Shown here: piece by piece, positions 19,035-27,538 of the stretch
Position numbering within the stretch: position 1 is the stretch's first letter
How the letters are laid out: each line of letters starts with the position of its first letter
Source: Acidobacteriota bacterium
GTDB lineage: Bacteria > Acidobacteriota > Vicinamibacteria > Vicinamibacterales > JAKQTR01
Assembly: GCA_037133015.1 (NCBI GenBank)
Contig: JBAXOX010000010.1
Location: 11,210 to 75,209, forward strand
Length of the DNA stretch: 64,000 nucleotides
Direction of reading: 5' to 3'
Notes under the pieces: generated by a model
The model's input: only the letters and a program-made list of their open reading frames with translations
Database searches by the model: none
What the model was told of the DNA's origin: nothing
Translations under genes and position numbers: made by a program

Positions 19035-20839
19035 AGCCCGGCCTTCCTCAGCGTGCGGACCACGCGGCCCACCGGTTTGCCATCGACGCTGATCGTGACC
19101 CGTACCAGGTGATCGCCGGGGCGGAGCGCCGCGATGGGAATCTCGCCCAACACGACGCGGCGACCGTCGTTGCCTGGCGCCCCAACCTTGGCGGGGGCCG
19201 TGGCGAACCCGGGGCCAGAGGCGGACGCCGCAATGTCGATGGTGGCGGTGACGTTGGCGGTTTTGGGCGTGCCGTACACTTCGAAGTAGCCGAGCGCCGA
19301 CGCCTCGGTCTCGAAAAGCAGCCGGGGCGCAAAGGCCTGGCCGAGCGGCGCGCCAAGCACGAGCGCGCTCATCTGCACCGGAGCGTTGCCTCGCTCCAAT
19401 GCCACGGTCACGTCCTGATCCACCGTGCCGGCGCGCCCCGCCCCGTCAGTCGCCGCCACGCGCATCCGGTAGGATCCGGGCTTCACCGAAAATCCAGACA
19501 TGACGGGTAACGACGCAAGATCGGCCGGTTGCGCGGTCCACTGCGCCACCAGTTTGCTTTTCTCGTCGAACAGGCCAACCGCCGCCGACGCAAATGGCAC
19601 GTTGAACTCGAAGGGTTCGAACAGCACCACCAGTTTCAGGTCCCTGTCACTCGCGTCTCGTGCGGGACAGGCCACGGCGCGAATCGGCAAGTCACGATAG
19701 ACCGTCGGCACGCGCAGCATGTCGCGAACCGATATGGCTTTCGGACTGGTCGGAACGCCGGCCCTGGCCAGGGTGACCTCGGCGCGAGCCCGCGTCTGCA
19801 CGTTCTGGCGTCCTATCGTCACCTCGACGCGGACAGCCGAGCCGGTCCGATCCGATGGGTCGGGCTCGAACGACACGAGGTAGTAGGCGGATGTCTCACG
19901 GGCGATTCTGGCCATCTCCGCCTGTATGTTGCCTGTCAGCCGGATCAGCGCGTTGCCGGTGATGCCGGCGATGTTTTCGATTCCAGCCACCGTGTCGGTC
20001 GCGCCCGTGGTTCCTACCTGCATGTCGGTGGGAATCTGAACGGTGTAGACATCGGCGAACGCCCGGTGCGCGTCGACGGACAACTCGTCAAACAGTTCCC
20101 GCCGAATGTCACACGCGATCTGCCCGGACCCGCGCCTCGCCGTGGCGCCGCCGTAGGTCGGCGGGGCGAGTCCCCCGGAAAACAACACCACCGTCGTGGG
20201 CCCGACGCCGGACACGCCCCCCAGCACGCCCTTCACCGCGTTGATCGCCTGCTGCGTTCGGCATGCGGCTTCCTCGGCGGTCTCGGATCGCGCGGCCCGG
20301 CCGACAAACGTGGCCAGACTGGCCCGCACGCTGTCGTGGACCGTCGTCTGCGTCACATCGAATCGTCCCCTCGACACGACGAGCAGACTCACCAGATCTC
20401 GACCAGACAACTGATCCAGCAGCCCGCCAATCGCGTCGCGGACGGTCTGTTCACGGCCAGACGGAATCGACTCGTCTTCGAGCACGAGCACGACAGTCCT
20501 TCCTCTGTCCGACGCGCGATTGCTTGCAAACGGCGGCGGCAGCGGCGCACCTGCCACGCCATCGGTGGTCACGGGACCGCCGTTGAACCGAACCAGTTCT
20601 ACCGACCGCACGGCCCGCGGCCGGTTGCCGACCTTCAACGACACCTCGGCCGGCTTGAGGTCGAGGACCGGAGACCCGCTGTCTCCACTCACTCTGACTT
20701 CGACGGCGGCCACGCCGGCAGGTGTGGTTGCGGTTCCTTGCGGCGTCCGCTCCGCGGCGGCAGCGACGGTGCCTGTCCCCACGCCCACGGTGCACGCCAG
20801 CGCGACGCGAACGGCTCGGAGAAGCAGGCGCAGGCTCAT
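19031..20839 (-). CDS. VWA-like exported protein, paralogous architecture to downstream gene
   Basis: Trimmed to ATG 20839 (MSLRLLLRAVRVALA... signal). The N-terminal beta domain (VEVRVSGDSGSPVLDLKPAEVSLKVGNRP) precedes a VWA-like core and C-terminal beta-sandwich repeats. The longer 806-aa ORF overlaps a real plus-strand gene. Confidence 0.7.
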   Translation of the reverse strand: MSLRLLLRAVRVALACTVGVGTGTVAAAAERTPQGTATTPAGVAAVEVRVSGDSGSPVLDLKPAEVSLKVGNRPRAVRSVELVRFNGGPVTTDGVAGAPLPPPFASNRASDRGRTVVLVLEDESIPSGREQTVRDAIGGLLDQLSGRDLVSLLVVSRGRFDVTQTTVHDSVRASLATFVGRAARSETAEEAACRTQQAINAVKGVLGGVSGVGPTTVVLFSGGLAPPTYGGATARRGSGQIACDIRRELFDELSVDAHRAFADVYTVQIPTDMQVGTTGATDTVAGIENIAGITGNALIRLTGNIQAEMARIARETSAYYLVSFEPDPSDRTGSAVRVEVTIGRQNVQTRARAEVTLARAGVPTSPKAISVRDMLRVPTVYRDLPIRAVACPARDASDRDLKLVVLFEPFEFNVPFASAAVGLFDEKSKLVAQWTAQPADLASLPVMSGFSVKPGSYRMRVAATDGAGRAGTVDQDVTVALERGNAPVQMSALVLGAPLGQAFAPRLLFETEASALGYFEVYGTPKTANVTATIDIAASASGPGFATAPAKVGAPGNDGRRVVLGEIPIAALRPGDHLVRVTISVDGKPVGRVVRTLRKAGL

Positions 20840-20989
20840 CCAGGTACCATACCCGGTCTCTGCGGCAACCGCGAAATATTCATCCAGCCGACTCCGTTGT
20901 CCGTGAGAGACGGAGGTCTGCAGCCGGAAGTGGCAAGATATGAGGCGAGACTGACCAGGCCAGTTGCCCGGTTGGGAGGAAAGGAAGTT

Positions 20990-21700
20990 GTGAAGGCCGT
21001 CATTCTCGCCGCCGGAAGAGGAAGCCGTCTCGAGAGTCTTCCCGTCAGCAAGCCGCTGTGTCTGGTCAACGGACGTCCGCTGATCGACTGGGTCATCTCG
21101 ACGGCGCACGAAGCCGGCATCCACGAATTCGTCGTCGTCACCGGATACGCTCGCGAACCGCTCGAGCAACATCTGATCGAATTCGGCCGGGGCCGGGCAT
21201 TCACGATTGCGTGCGTGCCCAACGAGGAATGGGAACGCGCCAACGGCGTGTCGGCCTTCGCCGCGCGCGACCGGGTGGGCGACCGGTTCGTGCTGCTCAT
21301 GTCGGATCACCTCTTCGACGCGGCCATCCTCACCAGACTCATCGCTCAACGGTTGGACGAGGTCGATCTGATCCTGGCCGTTGATGCTTCTGTGGTCGAC
21401 AATCCCACCGTCGATCTGGATGATGTGACGCGGGTGATGGCCCAACGGCACCGCATTGTGCAGATCGGCAAAGGCCTCCCCGCCTACAACGCCTTCGACA
21501 CCGGCATCTTTCTCTGCACGCGGGCGTTGTTCGATGCGCTCGCCGAGAGTCAGGCGCGAGGCGACGACAGCCTTTCTGGCGGTGTTCGCGTTCTCGCGGA
21601 GCGGGGGAGGGCTGGCGTGATGGACATCGATGGCGGGTTCTGGATTGACGTCGACGACGAACAGGCCCTTCGCAAGGCCGGAGGGCTCGTCGCGCCGTGA
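20990..21700 (+). CDS. Nucleotidyltransferase (sugar/alcohol-phosphate cytidylyl- or nucleotidyl-transferase, MobA/LicC-like)
   Basis: GTG start preceded by GGAGGAAAGGAAG. Contains the KAVILAAGRGSRL NTP-binding loop. About 236 aa. Confidence 0.8.
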   Translation: MKAVILAAGRGSRLESLPVSKPLCLVNGRPLIDWVISTAHEAGIHEFVVVTGYAREPLEQHLIEFGRGRAFTIACVPNEEWERANGVSAFAARDRVGDRFVLLMSDHLFDAAILTRLIAQRLDEVDLILAVDASVVDNPTVDLDDVTRVMAQRHRIVQIGKGLPAYNAFDTGIFLCTRALFDALAESQARGDDSLSGGVRVLAERGRAGVMDIDGGFWIDVDDEQALRKAGGLVAP

Positions 21701-22692
21701 CCCGACCAGCGGTCCGTCGGACGGTCCAGGCCACGCTCACCGTGGTCGGCGTCGGTTTCCTGGTGTACCTGGTCCACCGGATTGGCCTGGACGTGGTCTG
21801 GGGCAACCTCACCCATTTTGGCTGGTGGTTTCTGCTGACCTGCGCGATGGGCGCCTCGTGGCTGCTGCTCCAGGCCGCCGCGTGGTGGACGGTGCAGGAC
21901 GCCTACTTCGCCCGCGTACGGCTCGCGGTGTTGTTTCGGGTCAAGATCATCAGCGATTCGTTCAACCTGCTGCTTCCTTCTGCCAGCCTGGGGGGAGACG
22001 CCATGCGGGCGTTCCTGATCAGGGCGCATGCGCCGCTTCGCGATGGCGTTCCGGGCGTGCTGTTCGACAAAACCGTCGAGTTCGCCGCCTCGGTCGTGTT
22101 TCTGACAACCGGGCTGGTCCTTGGCCTGCTCTTCCTGCACTTGCCGCGAGCCCTGTTGATTCCCGCCGGCATCAGTGTCGCGATCACCGCGGCCGGCACC
22201 GTCGCCCTCGTCATCCTGTTGCGGCGGGGCGTCACGGCAAGATTACAGAAGGTCGGGTCGCGCGTGCCGCGCGCCGCGGAATGGATCGCGAGCAAGCACA
22301 GCCAGTTGCTCGCCGTGGACGAGAACCTCCGACTCCTCTATTCGGGACGCATCACCCGCGCGCTGCCTCCCTTGATGCTCCATCTGGGGTCTCGGCTCGT
22401 GGGGGTGCTGGAATTTCTGCTGGTCTTGCGTGTGCTCGGGGCGCCGGTGACCCTGCTCCAGGCGCTGTTCATCAGCACCATCGTCACCATCGGCAACACC
22501 GTGTTCTTCCTGCTTCCCGGCCAATGGGGCGCGATGGAAAGCGTTCACATCCTGGTGGTGCAAAGCCTGGGCTATCCGCCCGCGATCGGACTGAGTCTCT
22601 CGATTATCCGCAGGATCAGGAGATTGCTGATCGTGGCGGTCGCTCTGATGCTCTACGCCGCGCGCAGAGACCCGCCTCCTAGGCAGGGATAA
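21697..22692 (+). CDS. Flippase-like integral membrane protein (UPF0104 / lysyl-PG synthase TM-domain family)
   Basis: GTGA overlap with the nucleotidyltransferase gene. Multi-TM protein with ...IISDSFNLLLPSASLGGDAMRAFL..., as seen in this family. Confidence 0.7.
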   Translation: MTRPAVRRTVQATLTVVGVGFLVYLVHRIGLDVVWGNLTHFGWWFLLTCAMGASWLLLQAAAWWTVQDAYFARVRLAVLFRVKIISDSFNLLLPSASLGGDAMRAFLIRAHAPLRDGVPGVLFDKTVEFAASVVFLTTGLVLGLLFLHLPRALLIPAGISVAITAAGTVALVILLRRGVTARLQKVGSRVPRAAEWIASKHSQLLAVDENLRLLYSGRITRALPPLMLHLGSRLVGVLEFLLVLRVLGAPVTLLQALFISTIVTIGNTVFFLLPGQWGAMESVHILVVQSLGYPPAIGLSLSIIRRIRRLLIVAVALMLYAARRDPPPRQG

Positions 22693-22709
22693 GCGTGATG
22701 CCGCCCCGG

Positions 22710-24236
22710 CTATGAGCCGGACATGCGTCCAGCCATCAGCCCCGCCGAGGCGAGCAGCAGCGGCCCGAGCGCCTCCACACCCACGTCCTGGTGGAGCCCC
22801 GCGCCGTTGATGCGATTGCTCAACACCAGATAGTCGGTCGCGCCATCGGTCGGCGTCGTAGCGCGGTCGTCCGCGGGCATGATGGGCACGTGGTCGCCGT
22901 ACCAGCAGAGATGCGTCGGACGCGATCGCTCCCGCATCCAGTCGGTCAGCGTCGCGAGCATGCGATCGGCATTCTTCAGATGGCGCAAGTAGACGATCAG
23001 ATCGCGGTCCGACTCGGTGGAGGCCCGGTCGGTCAGGTATTCGGAGGCCTCGCCCGCCGCCACCGACTCGAGATGGAGCGGCCCGTGGTTCTCCATCGTG
23101 ATGGCAAAGACGAAGACGGGCTTGTTGCTGTCGCTCACGAGGTGCTTGATGGCGGCCGCCACGGCGGCATCGCTCAGGTACGGTCCGAACTTGTCGCCGT
23201 CGGAGAACGCGCGCCGGTCGATGAATTGGTCGAATCCGAGCAGCGGGTAGACGCGGTCCCGCTCGTAGAACGAGGCGAGGTACGGGTGCACGCACACCGT
23301 GTGGTAGCCGAGGCGGCGCAGGTAGCCGACCAACGTCACGATCGGCCGACGGGCCAATTGCCGGTACGGATTGAAGCGATCGATACCGAGCGACTCGCCG
23401 GCCAGGCCCGACAGGAACGAAAACTCCGTTCGCACCGTATTGGCGCCCCACGCCGGCACCAGCAATCGCCCTTCCGAAATGGCGGCTGGCCGGGCCGCGT
23501 CGAACTCGGTCAGCACGTCTGGACGCACAAACGGGTACCGGCGCCGCGCGTCAAAGAATGACTCGCTCTGAATCGCGATGATGTCGGGCCGCTCAGCGGT
23601 CTGCGCCCGGGCGTCTGTAAACGGCGTGCGCACCTCCCCGCCTCGTTCGCTGCGTTCGGCCCGGCGGTAGATCCAGAAATTCGCGATCAGTCCGTACCGG
23701 CGGAGGTCCTGGGCCGGGTCGAGCGTGGGGTCGCCCGTCGATCGGTCTCCCGCGACGATCAACAGGACGCCGAACAGTGCGGTCGCCGCAGCGATCGCGG
23801 CCAGGCCCGCGTCGGGAATCGTGCTTTGCCAGTTTTCCTCGAGACGCCAGAGCCCGAACGCGGCGGCAAACGCGACACCGCCGTAGAGCAGGAATCGCGC
23901 AGTCCCGAAAAACGGCACGTAGAGGCGCGGATTTCGCATCGCGTAGAACACGAAAGCGAGATCGGTGTAAATCAGCGGCTCTTTGAGGCGATCCTGTTTG
24001 ACGTTGCTGACCATCACCATCAACACCCAGAAGCCCAGGCCGAGCACCAGGATCAGCAACGGCCGCTCCAACGCCACCAGGGGCGTCCCAATCACGATAA
24101 GCCAGAGGCCAAGGTGAATGGCATACGCGCCCACCGGGCGCGTCGCCAGCCTGGGACGCGGCGTGGCGAAGCACTCCAGCCCCAGGGTCAGGCCCCAGCC
24201 TGCGACCACCATCAGGAGCAGGTGCACGCCGTTCAT
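22710..24236 (-). CDS. LTA-synthase/sulfatase-family phosphotransferase, membrane-anchored
   Basis: Five or so N-terminal TM helices followed by an alkaline-phosphatase-superfamily domain (IIAIQSESFFDARR..., ITMENHGPLH). I prefer the ATG at 24236; the TTG at 24251 is possible. Confidence 0.75.
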   Translation of the reverse strand: MNGVHLLLMVVAGWGLTLGLECFATPRPRLATRPVGAYAIHLGLWLIVIGTPLVALERPLLILVLGLGFWVLMVMVSNVKQDRLKEPLIYTDLAFVFYAMRNPRLYVPFFGTARFLLYGGVAFAAAFGLWRLEENWQSTIPDAGLAAIAAATALFGVLLIVAGDRSTGDPTLDPAQDLRRYGLIANFWIYRRAERSERGGEVRTPFTDARAQTAERPDIIAIQSESFFDARRRYPFVRPDVLTEFDAARPAAISEGRLLVPAWGANTVRTEFSFLSGLAGESLGIDRFNPYRQLARRPIVTLVGYLRRLGYHTVCVHPYLASFYERDRVYPLLGFDQFIDRRAFSDGDKFGPYLSDAAVAAAIKHLVSDSNKPVFVFAITMENHGPLHLESVAAGEASEYLTDRASTESDRDLIVYLRHLKNADRMLATLTDWMRERSRPTHLCWYGDHVPIMPADDRATTPTDGATDYLVLSNRINGAGLHQDVGVEALGPLLLASAGLMAGRMSGS

Positions 24237-24278
24237 GCCAATGGGTAACAATTGTCGGGATTAGACCACGAAAGCCGG

Positions 24279-25415
24279 CTAGAACGCTTCCTGCACTGTC
24301 ATGTAAAACGCCTTGGAGTTGCGGCCGGCAGCATATTCGATGCGAAGATTGGTGCCGCCTTTCGGATCCAGTTTGATTCGGAGACCGCCGCCAAACGACG
24401 GCAGCACACCGCGCGCCGAGCACCGGCTGAGGCCGGGACAGGCTTCACCCATCCCGGCAAACGCGGCGGCGCTCAATCGTTTCCAGATGTGTGCGCGATA
24501 CTCTGCCTGAGCCGTGACAATGGCCGCATCCCGGTACCGCCCGCGGTAATATCCCCGCATCGTCGAATCCCCTCCCAGTGACGGCAGTTCGTAAAACGGC
24601 GTGGCGCCGTTTCTGGTCTTGAGGAACACTTGCCCGGCGATCACGTCGGCGGTCCGAACCGGTCGATAGGCACGCATATCGACCTCCACACTCGTGTACG
24701 CGAACGCGCTGCCAAACAGCGGGGCGTATCGGTCGGCCGCCACCTTGACGTACCGGCCGTGGCGCGGAAACAGCACGTTGTCGCGGGAATCGAACAGCAC
24801 ACTGGCGCCCAGGCCAGAGATCCGGCCCCCGCGACTTCCAATCACCTCGCCACCGGCCAACTGGCCGCCTGGATCGATCTGCCGCATCGTCGTGTGTTGG
24901 AATTGGTACTGGACGCCAGCCCAGAGGTGACCCGCGATCCGTTTCTTCACGCCGACCTGGAACTCGATCGTCTGAGGCGTGTACTGCTCGAGCGTCGCAT
25001 CGGAAGCTGTCCTGCCGACGCCGTAGAACCTCTGGGGCATGCGCTCGAACTGAACCGTGCCGGTCACCAGATACGTGTTTCCCGGCAGGTAGATGTCCGG
25101 CTTCAGCAGGATCTGCGTCTGCTTGTTCAGCGTGTAGACCACGACGAACGGCAGCGACGACGGGCGCGTGTCGTCGCGGTTCGCCCCGAGCCGGAACCCC
25201 AGCACGCCTCCGGCGCCCAGTGCCAGCTTGGTTTCTGGAGTGTAGAAGACAACCGGAAGGGCGATCACATACGGCTTGTTGTCGCTGGCGGGCTTGGGCG
25301 GCGCCGCCGGCTGCGTGTCGCCGTGTCCGTCCGCGGTCTGTTGCGCCATCGCCGCCGGCACGTGACAGGCCGACCACAGGAGCGCGAGAAAGACGAATCG
25401 AACAGCGTTGCCCAT
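24279..25415 (-). CDS. Omp85/bacterial-surface-antigen-type outer-membrane beta-barrel (BamA/TamA family, no obvious POTRA)
   Basis: Trimmed to ATG 25415 (MGNAVRFVFLALLWSA...AMAQQ signal). Alternating beta-strand pattern, the conserved ...LGGDSTMRGY... motif, and a C-terminal aromatic residue (VQEAF). Confidence 0.75.
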   Translation of the reverse strand: MGNAVRFVFLALLWSACHVPAAMAQQTADGHGDTQPAAPPKPASDNKPYVIALPVVFYTPETKLALGAGGVLGFRLGANRDDTRPSSLPFVVVYTLNKQTQILLKPDIYLPGNTYLVTGTVQFERMPQRFYGVGRTASDATLEQYTPQTIEFQVGVKKRIAGHLWAGVQYQFQHTTMRQIDPGGQLAGGEVIGSRGGRISGLGASVLFDSRDNVLFPRHGRYVKVAADRYAPLFGSAFAYTSVEVDMRAYRPVRTADVIAGQVFLKTRNGATPFYELPSLGGDSTMRGYYRGRYRDAAIVTAQAEYRAHIWKRLSAAAFAGMGEACPGLSRCSARGVLPSFGGGLRIKLDPKGGTNLRIEYAAGRNSKAFYMTVQEAF

Positions 25416-25440
25416 CGTAACTGTATCGTCCTGATCGGAT

Positions 25441-27516
25441 TCAGCGCGTGAGCCGGTATCCAATCGAAACACTCATGCCGACCCGATCCGATCGACCTGC
25501 GTTGACGCGCGCATCCGACCGCATCGGGATATGGAGGTTGAATCCCGCGGTGAGGTAGGGACGCCGGTTCCTGCCGCTGTAGACGATGGGCACCCGAACG
25601 CCCGTCGTCACGAAGAACTGCGGGCGCCCGGCCGCGCTGTTCCACATCTCGAACCCCAGCGGGCGAAGCGTCACGACCTTCGATCCGGGGATGTACACGT
25701 CGAGGGTCAGCGGCCACACGCCGACCACCGTCCCCGCCGAGTGGTCCGTTGATCCGGCTGATCTGCCGGCGTCGCCAATCACTCCCAACCCGGCCGATGG
25801 ACGCCAGTTGACGAAGGCCAGGAAGCCCTTCAGCCGTTCCAGGCCCCATGCCCCAGGGGACCCCTCGACGGAAGCGCCCACGCTCGACGTCGCCGAGTAA
25901 TACGACGCCTGCGCCGACACTTGCGGTCTGGCCCGACGTCGCGGCACCTGTGTCTGGTCGAGAAAGCGCGGCGACACATCGACAATCCGCCCGTGCTGCA
26001 CGTGGACCAGCAGGTAGTGGTGGCTCAGCCGTGCGGTGGCGTCGACGACGGCGATGGTACCCGCCGGCGACGAGTCGGGGATCGAAGCACGCTTCTGATT
26101 GTAGAGCGCCTCGATTTCGGCGAATTGCTCGCGGCGAAAGACACGGGTCAACGGCCCGCCTCCTCCGCCCGCCACGAACCAGTGCAACCGGTTGTCTGGC
26201 TTTCCCGCAACGGATGCGACCACCGAGAAGTCCTCGAAGCTGTGGACGCAGCCGCTGAACAGGTACTCCGCATCCGAAAACAGAATCTCGTCGAACAGCG
26301 TGGGGTCGCCGCGATCCGTCTTGGCCTGCGGAAGTCCCAGCGCGAGCCACAAGTTGTAGCCCAGGCCGGTCGTGCGAATGCTCTTGGAGCCGTTGATCAC
26401 GGAGTGGTGCATCAGCGGCACAATCGACTTGCCCGTCTCCCGCGCATAGGCGGTGACGGCCCGGTAGAAGTCGGCCTGCCCGTTGAATGGGCTCTCCGAA
26501 AACAGGTTCAGTCGATGCTGATCCCGTTTGTCTGGATAGAGCGCCTCCTTGAGTTTGGCCAGTCCCGGGTACTGCCATCCTCGGGCCATCGAGTCGAGAA
26601 ACAGGAAAATCGTGTTCCCGGCATCGACACCGTAGGCAATCATGTTGTCGGAGTTGAGGATCGGCAGCGTGCCGTACCCGGCCCGGCGAAACAACGGCGC
26701 GAGCGCACCGGCGACGCGGGCCTTCCCCGCAGCAAATTCTTCGGCGACCAGGGACGGCTGGTCGAAAAACGTCAGGCGGTAGCGGCCGTCCCGTCCGAGG
26801 GCGTAGTGCTTCGCCATCGTGCTGGTGGCGTCGGCCGTCGCATTGCTCGCCACGACCGCCTCATACTGCTCGACCGACAGGTCGGTGGGGACCGGATACA
26901 GAATCTTCGGGTTGGCGATAAAGCGATCCCACGCAAAGAATCGCTTGAAGTTGGCCACGCCCACCGGCGAGTCGAACAAGTCCTTGTACTTGGTCTGCGT
27001 CTGGAGGCGGAAGTTCAGCAACTCGTGGTTGCCGATCGCCGGCAGGATCGGTTTGTCGCGGACCAGGCGCGCGATGTTCGGATACGCAATGCCGTCGAGG
27101 CCCTTGCCGGCAAACATCGCTTCGAGGTTGGTCCACTGCCGGGCAACCGGACCCTCGTAGACCAGGTCGCCCAGCAGCATCACGAACCGCACCTGGTCGT
27201 AGACCGGCTTTCCGGTGCTCCGATCGACCGCGTGCTCGACGTCTTTTGCGATGGCTTCGAACACCGGACGACTGAAACTGCGGACCGTGTTCTGGATGTC
27301 GCCCACGGCGACGAAGTAGTAATCGTCGAACGCCGCGCTGCCGCCCGGTGTCTCGGCGAGCAGGCGCTGGACGCGGTCGAGATTGCCGTCGCCGAAACGC
27401 GCAGGCGGCGGGATCGCAGCCCCCGCGGCGGTCTGGCCGTTGGCGGCCAGCGCGCCGCAGAGCAGCACGGTACACACCAGCCAGATCACAACCGCTCGTC
27501 GGGGGACACTGGTCAT
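25441..27516 (-). CDS. Exported calcineurin-like metallophosphoesterase with beta-rich C-terminal extension
   Basis: Signal peptide plus metallophosphatase motifs (VAVGDIQN, LLGDLVYEG, AIGNHE, GCVHSFE). About 230 extra C-terminal residues show an alternating beta pattern. Confidence 0.75.
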   Translation of the reverse strand: MTSVPRRAVVIWLVCTVLLCGALAANGQTAAGAAIPPPARFGDGNLDRVQRLLAETPGGSAAFDDYYFVAVGDIQNTVRSFSRPVFEAIAKDVEHAVDRSTGKPVYDQVRFVMLLGDLVYEGPVARQWTNLEAMFAGKGLDGIAYPNIARLVRDKPILPAIGNHELLNFRLQTQTKYKDLFDSPVGVANFKRFFAWDRFIANPKILYPVPTDLSVEQYEAVVASNATADATSTMAKHYALGRDGRYRLTFFDQPSLVAEEFAAGKARVAGALAPLFRRAGYGTLPILNSDNMIAYGVDAGNTIFLFLDSMARGWQYPGLAKLKEALYPDKRDQHRLNLFSESPFNGQADFYRAVTAYARETGKSIVPLMHHSVINGSKSIRTTGLGYNLWLALGLPQAKTDRGDPTLFDEILFSDAEYLFSGCVHSFEDFSVVASVAGKPDNRLHWFVAGGGGGPLTRVFRREQFAEIEALYNQKRASIPDSSPAGTIAVVDATARLSHHYLLVHVQHGRIVDVSPRFLDQTQVPRRRARPQVSAQASYYSATSSVGASVEGSPGAWGLERLKGFLAFVNWRPSAGLGVIGDAGRSAGSTDHSAGTVVGVWPLTLDVYIPGSKVVTLRPLGFEMWNSAAGRPQFFVTTGVRVPIVYSGRNRRPYLTAGFNLHIPMRSDARVNAGRSDRVGMSVSIGYRLTR

Positions 27517-27538
27517 GACGCTGCCCGCTTTCTGACTC

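Noticed and set aside
19529-20989. The first 487 codons of the 723-aa plus-strand ORF 19529-21700
   Set aside because: Only the last 236 codons form a nucleotidyltransferase, starting at GTG 20990 with a strong SD and the KAVILAAGRGSRL loop. The upstream part is antisense to the VWA-like gene.
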